Source: a bacterium (GTDB lineage Bacteria; Patescibacteriota; Minisyncoccia; Phycocordibacterales; UBA6899). From it: a stretch of DNA of 64,000 bases. The position numbers and the translations under genes are program-made. This document shows positions 47,884 to 57,874 of the stretch, in pieces (the first letter of the stretch is position 1; the number at the start of each line of letters is the position of its first letter). The stretch lies in contig JAYTWK010000013.1 of assembly GCA_043743715.1 (NCBI GenBank), positions 5,268-69,267 on the forward strand, read 5' to 3'. The notes beneath the pieces are model-generated. The model saw only the letters and a list, made by a program, of their open reading frames with translations. It was not told the origin of the DNA and searched no databases.

Positions 47884-48516
47884 CTACCCGAAAAGTGAAT
47901 AGCCTACCAAGAGTTTTGACACAAGAGCAGCTACGGGAAGTAAGAATTTCCACAAAAAAAGCACAAAAAAGAGAATAATGAGCATTGAATAGCGCTCAAG
48001 GTAGTCTCCAACATAGCGATATCGAAGGGGAATAGCATTCAATAAAATTTTTGATCCATCTAATGGTGGTATAGGCACCAGATTAAAAATTGTAAGCATA
48101 ATATTAATTCCTATTATCAGATACACGATTTGCTGGACGGAGTCTGTAAGGAATGAGCCAAAAAGCCGAACGAGCAAGGCAAAAAATAAGGCGATCCCCA
48201 GATTTGTGAGTGGCCCTGCGAGGGCAACTTTCGTATCACCCCATTTTTGGTCTTTGAGATTGTACGGGTTGTATGGGACTGGCTTTGCCCAGCCCAAGAT
48301 AAAACCCCCGGGCGCTAACGACATAAGAAATGGGACGAGTAATGAGCCAATAGGATCAATATGCTTAAGGGGATTCACAGACAGTCGACCCGCTAGCCGG
48401 GCAGTCGGATCACCTAAATACTGAGCCATGTAACCATGAGAAATCTCATGGGCTACGACCGAAAAAACAACAATGGCAATCTTGAAGAAATCATTTATAA
48501 GGGTCGCATCTTGCAT
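47884..48516 (-). CDS. Site-2 protease (M50) family
   Basis: HEISHG, GDPT, NPLKHID, GWAKPVP, AGP, NLVPIPPLDG; start uncertain (48516 or 48531). Confidence 0.93.
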   Translation of the reverse strand: MQDATLINDFFKIAIVVFSVVAHEISHGYMAQYLGDPTARLAGRLSVNPLKHIDPIGSLLVPFLMSLAPGGFILGWAKPVPYNPYNLKDQKWGDTKVALAGPLTNLGIALFFALLVRLFGSFLTDSVQQIVYLIIGINIMLTIFNLVPIPPLDGSKILLNAIPLRYRYVGDYLERYSMLIILFFVLFLWKFLLPVAALVSKLLVGYSLFG

Positions 48517-48594
48517 AGTAGTGACACTCATGATAGCATGCACGCTACAAATCCCAAATCAGTAAAGGTCTTACGAGAGACACAACAAACGTAT

Positions 48595-48816
48595 ATGGCA
48601 ACATCAAATATTTGCATCATCTGTTCAAAAGGAAGCCGCATGGCAGGCGGTTATTCAAACCGTATCCGCGCGACGAAATTCAATCCGTCTGGCGATACAC
48701 GCAAGTATCCCAACCTCCAATGGGTTGCGCTCCCAAAGACTTCGGGTGGCGGTCGCATTAAGATTTGCACCCGCTGCATCAAGGGCAACAAGCATCTCGA
48801 ACTCGCAAAGAAATAG
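48595..48816 (+). CDS. rpmB: 50S ribosomal protein bL28 (Cys-containing form)
   Basis: CIICSKG...RKYPNLQ...KICTRCIK. Confidence 0.88.
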   Translation: MATSNICIICSKGSRMAGGYSNRIRATKFNPSGDTRKYPNLQWVALPKTSGGGRIKICTRCIKGNKHLELAKK

Positions 48817-48930
48817 TGTCAAGAAAGGACCGCCGAGGCGGTTTTTTCATTTCGACGAATAAGGAGCGAGATGAGGACGTCCTCGAACTCATCTCATCCA
48901 AGCGACGTCGAAGCAGCAAATTGTGATTGA

Positions 48931-49806
48931 TTATTTCCGAGAAATTGTCTTCCCGTCACTCTCAAAATCAATCGTCCCCTCTTTGAATGTGATGAGATAA
49001 GCGACGCCCAGTTTCTCAAGCAAATTGAGCACTTCTTTGTGCGGATGACCATAACGATTACTCAGTCCGGCAGAAATAACCGCAATGTGAGGGTGGATGG
49101 CGCGTAGCCACATCTCGCCCGAAGAAGTACGTGACCCATGATGTCCGAGCTTGAGCACCTGTGAGTGAAGATTGTTTCCATCGAGTGAGACAACATACTC
49201 TTCTTGTCGCTCTGGAAGGTCTCCTGAAAGGAGGAATGCCGTGTCGCCGTAATGAATACGCATGACAATTGATGCACTGTTCGTGTCCGGCCAGTTCTCG
49301 TCTCTATCGGGATACAGAATATCTGCGACTACACCGTCACCGAAGTCTATCGACATGCCGCGCCGTGCGACAATGCGTTTGATTCCGTGCGCCGCAATTC
49401 CACTCTCGATGTCATCGTATACCCCGTTCGTCGAACTCGCTCCCGGCTCCATCACCACATCGACCTTGTAATGATCAAACACATCCTTGAATCCGCCGAT
49501 ATGATCCATATCAGGATGAGAAAAGATTGCTACATCGATAGTGCGGTCAAAAAATGGCATCTCACTCGAGAGTGCGCGCAGCACTGCGCCCGTTGGCGGC
49601 CCGGCGTCGTAGAGCATCTGGGTCCCGTTCGGTGCCTCAATGAACACCGCATCGCCCTGCCCAACATCGAGGAATGAGACGCGCAGATTATGATGCTGAT
49701 GACGTGCATAAATAGAAAGGAGCAGCAAATCAAAAAGTGCCAGGAGTATGATAATCACCGTACGCGGTCGAGACTTTATCTCATGAATCCATGTATGTTC
49801 CTTCAT
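48931..49806 (-). CDS. ComEC/Rec2 metallo-beta-lactamase domain protein
   Basis: FLDVGQGD, SHPDMDHIGG, GHHGS, NRYGHP. Confidence 0.93.
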   Translation of the reverse strand: MKEHTWIHEIKSRPRTVIIILLALFDLLLLSIYARHQHHNLRVSFLDVGQGDAVFIEAPNGTQMLYDAGPPTGAVLRALSSEMPFFDRTIDVAIFSHPDMDHIGGFKDVFDHYKVDVVMEPGASSTNGVYDDIESGIAAHGIKRIVARRGMSIDFGDGVVADILYPDRDENWPDTNSASIVMRIHYGDTAFLLSGDLPERQEEYVVSLDGNNLHSQVLKLGHHGSRTSSGEMWLRAIHPHIAVISAGLSNRYGHPHKEVLNLLEKLGVAYLITFKEGTIDFESDGKTISRK

Positions 49807-49881
49807 GGGCAAAGGCTAATCGAGGTTCGCCGAGTTTGCAACTGGCAAAGAAAACGAGACGCCGAAGCGCCTCGCATGTCG

Positions 49882-51072
49882 TCATTCTCGACCCTTTAGA
49901 GCATTACTCAAAACATCGTCGGCGAATGAGCAGCCCGGGATGTCAAACTTCGCCTGTGGCGCTTGATCGGAGCGCTCGCTGCGAATTTTTTTGAGATTGT
50001 CTTTCCATCCCTCGACTAATGAAAGTTTTTCATCATACTTCATGAATGCCACACTTTCGTATCCGGACTCCTTCGCCTTTGCAAGGTCGTCTGCAACGTG
50101 TCTCAGAAATTCTCGGAAGGTCATGACGTGATCGACGAGACCATTTTCTTTGGCGTCAACGGCTGCGAACCATGCACCACTTGTGACCCCCTTCGGCTTC
50201 TTCGATTCGGCACGCAGGTCTGCGAGCGAATACAGCGAATACCTTGGACGGCCATTTTTTACCGCCAGCAGAAATTCCTCGAATATAAGGTTGACCGCAC
50301 GCACGTCGATTGCGTTGTCGGCGGCATTTGATTTTTTCCACTGTCCGCCTGCATCCTTACGTGGACCAGTGGCAATCACCCGCTCAGTGATACCGAGACG
50401 TCGCCCGAAGTCATGGGTGTTCATCCTTCGCACAATGACGCCGATGTTTCCTACCTCGCCGACAGGGTCGGCGATGATCTCGCCGGCAGCCAGTGCGATG
50501 AAGTAAGCGCCGGAAAATGCTTTCCGAGGGACATAGGCGTAGACGCGGACTTTATTTTCTTCCGAGAATTGCCGAATGATGCGGTAGCTTTCGGCGCTTG
50601 AAAACATGTCGCCACCATAGCTGTCGATGTAGACGACGACCGCGGCAAGATTATGATCTTTCTTCGCAAGCTCAAGGGCGTCGTACAGATAGCGCGGAGT
50701 GTTCGATACCTCCTCGGGACCGACCGGGTCGCCTTCGATCACCCCTCTGACGGGAATGATGGCGACGTGTGCTTCTCCCCACCCATCGGCACTGACGGGA
50801 AGGGTGCGGAAGATGTTCTGCTCTAGGCGAAGGCGTCGCTCAGAGAACTGCGAATACTGTAACCATGCTGCACCAATGATGCAGAGGACAAGCAGTAAAG
50901 TGATGAAGCGCCAGCGTCTCCGAGAAGACTGGATGCGGTCTACCGCACCAGAGAGCACCATGAACACTGCCCGACCTTCGGGGTGATTCAATTCGGTTTC
51001 GAATATCTCGAGAGATCCAATGAGCCTACCGAGACGCGAGAAATGCCACCACGGGCGAGTTGAGTCTTTCAT
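49882..51072 (-). CDS. S49 family peptidase (SppA-like)
   Basis: IDSYGG, AFSGAYFIA, VGNIGV, A.ENGLVD. Confidence 0.85.
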   Translation of the reverse strand: MKDSTRPWWHFSRLGRLIGSLEIFETELNHPEGRAVFMVLSGAVDRIQSSRRRWRFITLLLVLCIIGAAWLQYSQFSERRLRLEQNIFRTLPVSADGWGEAHVAIIPVRGVIEGDPVGPEEVSNTPRYLYDALELAKKDHNLAAVVVYIDSYGGDMFSSAESYRIIRQFSEENKVRVYAYVPRKAFSGAYFIALAAGEIIADPVGEVGNIGVIVRRMNTHDFGRRLGITERVIATGPRKDAGGQWKKSNAADNAIDVRAVNLIFEEFLLAVKNGRPRYSLYSLADLRAESKKPKGVTSGAWFAAVDAKENGLVDHVMTFREFLRHVADDLAKAKESGYESVAFMKYDEKLSLVEGWKDNLKKIRSERSDQAPQAKFDIPGCSFADDVLSNALKGRE

Positions 51073-51218
51073 TTCTATTTCCTTTCAAGACATGTGAATG
51101 AACACGAACGGATCGAGTCCATGGGGAGGATACGACTTCTTTTTTTATCATAGACGAATGTCCGGATTGTGCAACTACATGCGTCCCCTAAAAAATACGG
51201 TATACTATGAGCCATGGA

Positions 51219-51334
51219 TCCCGTGAGAAGTCGCGGACACGAAAGGAGGTAAAAACACATGGACCGCAGAACTATTACAAAAACTAGCCGAGTAATCACG
51301 CGAATATACTTGTTCGCGTCCTACTTCTAACGGG
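51219..51334 (+). mobile_element. Start-codon insertion element copy 2 (dedA)
   Basis: ATGGA-TCCCGTGAGAAGT...ACTTCTAACGGG-ATGGA. Confidence 0.8.
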
Positions 51335-51949
51335 ATGGATATTGAATCAGTCATCGTTGCAAGCAGCTATCTCGGGATATTTCTCTTGATGATTGCAAAT
51401 GGCGCGGTCTCATTCCCTTCAAGCCAGATTCTCTATATTATCGTCGGATATTTCATCTCCGTTGGCACGCTTTCACTCTTCCCTGCATCGCTCGCGGGTG
51501 CGCTCGGCAACGCCATCGGCAACATCATCCTCTATGAAATCGTTAGGCGACGTGGGATACGCTACCTGAAAAAATTTCAGGTGTTTCGCGAACAAGACAT
51601 CAAGAAGGTCGAGATAGTGTTTCGGAAACGCGGACTCTGGTTCTTGTTCGTTGGGAAACTGCTGCCGGCTATCAAAGTATTCGTGCCCATCCCTGCAGCG
51701 ATGGGCAAGACGCATCGCGGAGTATTCGCCGCAATCATGTTCGTCGCATCATGGCTCTGGTCGCTCATCTTCATTGCAATAGGTTACACATTTGGAAAAA
51801 GTACTGAGGTGTGGAGATCCTACGGGGTAATACTGTTTCTCATCGCCGCTATCATCATCTTTGTGTTTTATCGCATGCTTAATTCGAAAGAGGTGCTCCG
51901 GGAGATCGAGCTTGTCTCACCCGAGCACGATGCTGGTCAAACCAAATAA
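51335..51949 (+). CDS. DedA family membrane protein
   Basis: FPSSQI, GALG..IGN.ILY, F.KRG...LFVGKLLPAIK.FVPIPA. Confidence 0.88.
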   Translation: MDIESVIVASSYLGIFLLMIANGAVSFPSSQILYIIVGYFISVGTLSLFPASLAGALGNAIGNIILYEIVRRRGIRYLKKFQVFREQDIKKVEIVFRKRGLWFLFVGKLLPAIKVFVPIPAAMGKTHRGVFAAIMFVASWLWSLIFIAIGYTFGKSTEVWRSYGVILFLIAAIIIFVFYRMLNSKEVLREIELVSPEHDAGQTK

Positions 51950-53414
51950 GCAAGGCCAGGAACACATAGAGGAAGAATGTTACCGTGGGCGTCACTATGG
52001 TGATTGCAACTGCCGCAAAAGGAATGCGCGACGCATAATCAGCGACATTCAAAATCCACGAAAGTAGTGCGTACGCTGGGTATGATGCAAGTGCACCAAG
52101 GTAAGGAATGATCAGCGTCACCACAGCAGATGTGAAGCCAAGCAGCATGGTGAGCGGGATAGCTGGCAGTACAATCAGATTCACCGGCAGTGCAACCAGT
52201 GAGAGAATTCCAGTCTGAGAAAGGAGAAGCGGGAGCACCATCACTTGCGTCGCGAGAGTCGAGACGAACACCTCCCTCCACATCGGAAATTTTTTAAATA
52301 ATGTCGTGCGCTTTTCTACTAGTGGTGAAACAAAAATCAGCCCAAGCGAGGCCAAAAATGAAAGCTGAAATGACGGATCAAAAAGTAAAATACTAGGATT
52401 CTGCAGCACCATAAGAGCGCCCGCGAACAAGAGCGCTCTTCCCATATCATAATTTCGCCCGGTGGCTTTCGAAAGAAGCACGAGCACTGCCATAATAGCA
52501 GCACGCATCACCGTTGCTCCGCCGCCAGTCATGATGGCGAACAATATAATACCAATACTCCCTACACTGAGGCTTCCGTAGAATCCCAAACGCCTGAATG
52601 CGACAACCAACCACTCCGAGACCAGCGTCATGTTATATCCCGAGAGCACAATGATGTGAATGATGCCTGCGGTTCTAAATTTATCGAGCCATGCCTGACC
52701 GAGCGATTGCTTGCCACCCAAGAGGAGCCCGGAGAGGAGTGCACTATGCGGCGCCGGGAGTGCATAGTCTATCGCACCGACGAATTTTGTCTTGATCCAA
52801 AATAATCCTCCTGTGATATTGTTTGCCTTGCCGCCACCCTGCTTATGCATCTTCGGAAATAGCATTTGATAGCGAATACCTTTTGATCTTAAGTAGGTAG
52901 GATAGTCAAACACTCTTCCGTCTTTTTCTACAAACTTCTCGGGGTGCTTCATCACTCCGCTAAAAAGAATTTCATCGCCGTAGGTAAAAACCGGGAAGCG
53001 CGGGACGATAACGAGCGCAGTGCCCATTACCTCCTTCGTTAAGCTTCCTTCTTGTATACCAAAGAGCATGACCGTGAGGTGCACATTTCCTTCACGTACA
53101 TCTGGTTCGTCTGAGACCACACCTTTGTACTCATGCACAAAAGAGAGACTCGCTTCAAGTGTACTGTCGATAGGCGCAGTATCCCAAAGCATGAATCGAT
53201 ACATGCCACCACTTACTCCGATGCATACAATCGCAATGAGAAGCATGCGCACCGAGCGCGACCTCCAGGCAGAGAACGCAGCAGAAGTCCCGATAAGAAA
53301 AATACCGCCGATGAGTACCGAACGAAGCTGAAATATGCTGGCAAGAAAAACACCTCCCAGGAATGCAATAAGAAATAGTGGCGCGAGTTGCGAGAAGCGA
53401 GCAAAGCGGCTCAT
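51879..53414 (-). CDS. comEC: ComEC competence protein (DUF4131 + Competence domain)
   Basis: GIIHIIVLSGYN, RAAIM, DPSFQLSFLA; lacks the MBL domain, which is encoded at 48931-49806. Confidence 0.92.
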   Translation of the reverse strand: MSRFARFSQLAPLFLIAFLGGVFLASIFQLRSVLIGGIFLIGTSAAFSAWRSRSVRMLLIAIVCIGVSGGMYRFMLWDTAPIDSTLEASLSFVHEYKGVVSDEPDVREGNVHLTVMLFGIQEGSLTKEVMGTALVIVPRFPVFTYGDEILFSGVMKHPEKFVEKDGRVFDYPTYLRSKGIRYQMLFPKMHKQGGGKANNITGGLFWIKTKFVGAIDYALPAPHSALLSGLLLGGKQSLGQAWLDKFRTAGIIHIIVLSGYNMTLVSEWLVVAFRRLGFYGSLSVGSIGIILFAIMTGGGATVMRAAIMAVLVLLSKATGRNYDMGRALLFAGALMVLQNPSILLFDPSFQLSFLASLGLIFVSPLVEKRTTLFKKFPMWREVFVSTLATQVMVLPLLLSQTGILSLVALPVNLIVLPAIPLTMLLGFTSAVVTLIIPYLGALASYPAYALLSWILNVADYASRIPFAAVAITIVTPTVTFFLYVFLALLIWFDQHRARVRQARSPGAPLSN

Positions 53415-53535
53415 GCGCGCAATCCTATAGATTTACCTTCCGTTTGACAACCCATACTGTCATTCGGAAGCATGATCACAGGTGTCGTATAGTCAATGAA
53501 ACTCCCCGCGACAGAGCTGGCGGGGCATCTGTTAC

Positions 53536-53581
53536 GCTAATTATGCTAATTGTAACGGCCGTTACAATTAGCATAATTAGC
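53536..53581. repeat. Perfect 46-bp palindrome
   Basis: GCTAATTATGCTAATTGTAACGG|CCGTTACAATTAGCATAATTAGC. Confidence 0.95.
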
Positions 53582-53711
53582 ATTTAGCGCTCTGTGTCTT
53601 TTATACCCGCCATCTCCCAGAGCATCATGAAATACAAGTTGGTAATGCAGGGGTGTACGGGCTATCCAAATAGAGTATACTATTATCAATATATCCTTAA
53701 GCACATACACT

Positions 53712-55661
53712 ATGGATCCACACGAGACGCCTCCGGCAAATTACGGAACAGATGCACTGCGAGACGGTTACAACCCTGACCGAGTGAAGATTGAAGAAAC
53801 AGTGCGGACAGAGGAAGTTGCGTTGCATCACCCCTCAACATTTGAAGGATATAGTTATCACCTGGCAGGTCCGCTGCGTTTTCATCCAGGACTAGAAAAT
53901 GTTCGACCTATCGCCGCTTCAGCGAGTGTGCTCACATTAATTGGAGCAGGCATCCTCAGTGTTGCCACAAACGTCGGAGTAGAGACTCAAGCGGGTGGAT
54001 CGAACGAACAGCTGACCGACGCGAAGCAAGTAGAGAAAGGACTCGCGGCACAATCTGTGGAAACATTTGCACGAAACGTCCAGCAAGAGGTCTGCAAATA
54101 TATTGACGGCGATTTCATGCACCGATTCACCACTAAAAACCCCTCGGGGAAGGAAGAATTCAATCCTGGGGCTTTCATTGTTCCGTTTGCGGTTTCGCTC
54201 ACCGAAGACTGCAGAGCCCAGGTTGAAGTTGAGATCCATATCCCCTACGATTTTGCCAGAACATTTCGCGAAGCGATTGCAAAGAATCCCGCAGGGCGAG
54301 ACAAACTCGTGTCGCAACTCACAGATTTTATCCACAAAGAAGCAGAGAACCAAGTCGTGATTCGTGGTGTCGCAGGAGTTACCCACACCGCGATGGTGTG
54401 GAATAAACAGACGAATTCATTGCTTATGAGCGGGAAGCCAAGTATCGACTTTGGAACGTTCGACATCCCCAAAGACCTCACCCTTGAAGGATCCGCATCT
54501 GCGGAAGCTGAGAGGAGTGTCGGGACGAAGGACGCTGAGAGCCTCCAAGGGTTCAACCGGGAAAATATTCATCTCGCCGAAAAACGCCTGAACGAATTCT
54601 CTCCGATGCTGAGGGACGCGCTGAATAAACTTGGCATCGATTCGCAGGTACTCGCACAGGCGAAAACCTTTAGCTATGAACACAACATGGTCGACTCCGA
54701 AATACACGACCTCGCAGAGGTGAGCCGTCAGGTGTTCGGGAGTATCATCCAGGGCTCGGACTCAACCTTGGCATTCATGCTGGTCAAAGAATACAACGCA
54801 AAAAATCCGCTTGCACTGAAGGCGATTGCAGATGTCCCCGGAGGAGCGGAGCGGCTCAAGTCCCTCCTTGATGACCAACGAGGAGTCACCGTACGTTTCA
54901 CCGCGGAGACTGAATTTACCAAAGAGAATGTCTACAACATCGCTCTTCCATTTCCTCTCTTTCTGCTCCTCCTGGGATCATTACGGCTTGGAGCATCCCG
55001 CGGGCTGGGGTACATGATTGAAGGAGTGATGGAAGTTTCCGTACCTGACTCGATCATTGAACAAGATGTGCATATGTTCGAGCCGATATCGCGCAGACTG
55101 TTTTCCGAGACGACCCCGGGAACACTCGAGAAGCCGAGGGACTTCAATGAAATCTACGATGAACTTGATACTACCTCACGACCGGAGGATTCACACAATC
55201 TCCTCGTGCACATGCTAATCGAGGAGGTCATGCCGAATATGTACCCCGACTCTAAGGAACCTATGACCGACTATGAATCCCTCATCAACACCCATCGCGA
55301 CCAACTGCACTCAAACACACGTAAAGAAGGTGTGACAAAAGGTTCATACGACACAAGCGAGGAAGCACAAAGGGGGCTGACTGAGGCACTCGTCGAGATG
55401 TGGGAGCGACACGATGCGGAAACCTACCCTATGAAAGGGATCGACACGCGTGAGGTGCTCAACTATCGCCACAGTGAACACGTGGTGTATTGGGCAAAGG
55501 TTCTCGCAGAGTGCCTGATTCCGATTATGCAACAATCTTTGACCACCGAAGAAGCCCACGGTCTTCTTGAAGAAACGATCCTATCCGCAATCAACGCACG
55601 CGAAGCGCAAGGCAGAACACACAATAATAAGCTCGTTACCTCACAATTACCGCTCCACTAA
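53712..55661 (+). CDS. Hypothetical 649-aa protein with two hydrophobic segments
   Basis: Long ORF; no family recognised. Confidence 0.8.
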   Translation: MDPHETPPANYGTDALRDGYNPDRVKIEETVRTEEVALHHPSTFEGYSYHLAGPLRFHPGLENVRPIAASASVLTLIGAGILSVATNVGVETQAGGSNEQLTDAKQVEKGLAAQSVETFARNVQQEVCKYIDGDFMHRFTTKNPSGKEEFNPGAFIVPFAVSLTEDCRAQVEVEIHIPYDFARTFREAIAKNPAGRDKLVSQLTDFIHKEAENQVVIRGVAGVTHTAMVWNKQTNSLLMSGKPSIDFGTFDIPKDLTLEGSASAEAERSVGTKDAESLQGFNRENIHLAEKRLNEFSPMLRDALNKLGIDSQVLAQAKTFSYEHNMVDSEIHDLAEVSRQVFGSIIQGSDSTLAFMLVKEYNAKNPLALKAIADVPGGAERLKSLLDDQRGVTVRFTAETEFTKENVYNIALPFPLFLLLLGSLRLGASRGLGYMIEGVMEVSVPDSIIEQDVHMFEPISRRLFSETTPGTLEKPRDFNEIYDELDTTSRPEDSHNLLVHMLIEEVMPNMYPDSKEPMTDYESLINTHRDQLHSNTRKEGVTKGSYDTSEEAQRGLTEALVEMWERHDAETYPMKGIDTREVLNYRHSEHVVYWAKVLAECLIPIMQQSLTTEEAHGLLEETILSAINAREAQGRTHNNKLVTSQLPLH

Positions 55662-55754
55662 ATTGTTGAGGGCACGGTCTACGGTCAAAGGTGAGATGGT
55701 TTTTTCACGTCGCGTTTTTCTTTTTCATACTTTATACTACTGCTCTATACTGTT

Positions 55755-56861
55755 ATACCCTCCCCAATTAACTCTTTCTGAATAACCCCCAATGAGGTAT
55801 ACTATGGAGATGAAACTCCATAGTACTTTGTGCGCCCATGATTCAATTACCCATCTTGAAATAGCGGCAAAGAATGCCCGAGACCCTGCTCTTCGAGTAC
55901 GCATCAAAGCGATCATTCTCTGCAAGCGAGGAAAAACACCGCAAGAAATAGCGGAAAACCTTGTCGTCACCGATCGCTCCGTGACTGGATGGATTAATAA
56001 ATATAACAAGGGTGGGCTCGCTCTTCTTGCCACGAAACCGGGAGGGAGATCGGAAGGTAACCCCAAGTGGGGCCCCGCACTATTTAACGATCTCGCTAAA
56101 GTTATTGATAAAGGTGGTTACTGGTCTATTCCCCACATGCAGGAATGGCTGAAAACTCATAAAGGTGCTGATATCCCTGAACAAACCGTGTGGTATCGCA
56201 TGCATCAACTCAAGTATTCATATAAAGGCGCACGACCGCACCCTGCTCAAGGAAACAAGGAGAAACAGGACAACTTTAAAAAAACGGTCTCGCACCGTTC
56301 ATGGAGCCGCTAAACAATACACCCTTCGAGCTTTTCTTCGGAGATGAAATGCGCTATGGACTCATCTCGAACTTCCGCAGGAGTTGGTCGAAGGTAGGTG
56401 TACGCACGGTCATCGATAGCCAACAATCGTTTGATAATCGGTATCTTTTCTCCGCTGTTGCCCCACTCTCGGGAAAGAGTTTTCATATCTCATCAATAGA
56501 CGGCTTTGATAGTGCCGCGGCACATACGTTTCTCCTTGAGCTCAAAAAAGAGTATTGCGATACCATGGTGATCCTTGTGTGGGACAATGCACCATGTCAT
56601 CGTCCAAAGATCCATCGGGAGATACCCGGACTTATTGTACTGTTCCTACCGCCCTACTCACCAGAATTAAATCCCGCAGAGCGATTCTTCGGCGAACTGC
56701 GCAAAGCCACGGCAAATCAGATCTTTAAAAGTATTGCAGAGCAAGAAACGGCGATCGAAGCGAGGCTTAATCTTCTTGCGGATGATGTTCTGGGTATGAA
56801 ACGATTACTGGGGTATGAGTGGATCATCAAACAATCGGAAAGGGTTAATTAGGGATGGTAT
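55755..56861 (+). mobile_element. IS630-family insertion sequence
   Basis: TIRs ATACCCTCCCCAATTAACTCTTTCTGA versus reverse complement of TCGGAAAGGGTTAATTAGGGATGGTAT (23/27); TA at both ends. Confidence 0.9.
55810..56852 (+). CDS. IS630 transposase, two ORFs joined by -1 frameshift
   Basis: HTH orfA 55810-56313; orfB with DEMRYG, WDNAPCH, LPPYSPELNPAER; A7 run at 56278-56284. Confidence 0.9.
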
Positions 56862-56873
56862 TACTCATTTCGC

Positions 56874-57335
56874 TATCTCCCTCAGCATCATAAAGAGGCT
56901 TCGTATACACTAATTGACCTTCTTTACTGGTCACATAAAAATAGGACTTTATCCTTGCGTATCACCATGTGTGTCGCACCCTGCGGGGGGCTTATCAAGA
57001 AATCGTATACCGGAATCCGTCCATTCAGAAATATGTTTTACATACAAGTCCTTCTCCTTTGTGCTGCCAATATAGTATGTGGTGATGTATTTTCGAGTTT
57101 CATTCACGAAATACTCATTGAGCGTTTCCCCCATCATATCTGCAAAGCCCTGTGTATTTCCTCTGATAATGTATTGCGATTCCTTTTCTCTAACCGAGTG
57201 CACCCAGTCATATTCATAGCGCTGTATCGCGGCACTACCAACGTACATCTCAAAATCCTGTTCGTTGCCAACATTACTTATACTGCTCAAATCGTGCGCC
57301 AAATCACTTTCTTCAATTGCGCGCTTGCGTCCGAG
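56874..57335 (-). pseudogene. Frameshifted fragment, possibly C-terminal part of a TrmB-like regulator
   Basis: RKRAIEESDLAHDLSSI...QDFEMYVG...IRFLDKP, then other frame QGATHMVIRKDKVLFY; no credible start; next to IS630. Confidence 0.35.
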
Positions 57336-57552
57336 TTTATCGATCTCACTGCTTGGGCGAGCTGTCGTTTCGAAAGCTGCTGTGCGATAAGCTCTGCGAC
57401 AGCACCGTCAGTGAGATCGTCTCACTTTCACGGGAAGAGACCACAATCGCCGGCTACTGGATGCGCTACTACCGGTTGCGGTTCGTCCCTGTGGCTGGAC
57501 ATTGGCTCATGTATTGATCGGGGGTGCCGAATTGGCACCCCAGACTTTTTTA

Positions 57553-57816
57553 TTATTTACCAATCAACTTTATTAAAGATGCTAACTCGCTTTCCAGTTC
57601 TGCAATCCTGCTTCGTAATTTCTCCAGTCGGTCGCGCTCTTCCTCTGATAATTCGTTGTTTAATTCCCGCTCCTTAAGCGGGGTATGTTCACTACGTAAC
57701 CGCTCCAGTTCGGAGCGCAACTTCTCTTCACGTCGCTCCTCATTGAATTCTCTGGCTAACTCTTGCGCGTTCTTGAAACTCTGTTCGATACCACCCTCTC
57801 CTTCATGAGTGCCCAT
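57553..57816 (-). CDS. Small Glu-rich coiled-coil protein
   Basis: 87-aa ORF with ATG start. Confidence 0.65.
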   Translation of the reverse strand: MGTHEGEGGIEQSFKNAQELAREFNEERREEKLRSELERLRSEHTPLKERELNNELSEEERDRLEKLRSRIAELESELASLIKLIGK

Positions 57817-57874
57817 ATATAAATTTTATTGTGACTAAATGATATTTGGTATTGCAGATGACTCTTATTGCAGC

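Noticed and set aside
55810-56852. IS630 transposase as a pseudogene
   Set aside because: Two-ORF layout with an A-run at the junction is normal for IS630
27697-56861. IS5 or IS630 in this window as the mobiliser of the start-codon elements
   Set aside because: Their TIRs (AGACTTGCTCCC, ATACCCTCCCC) do not resemble TCCCGTTAGA
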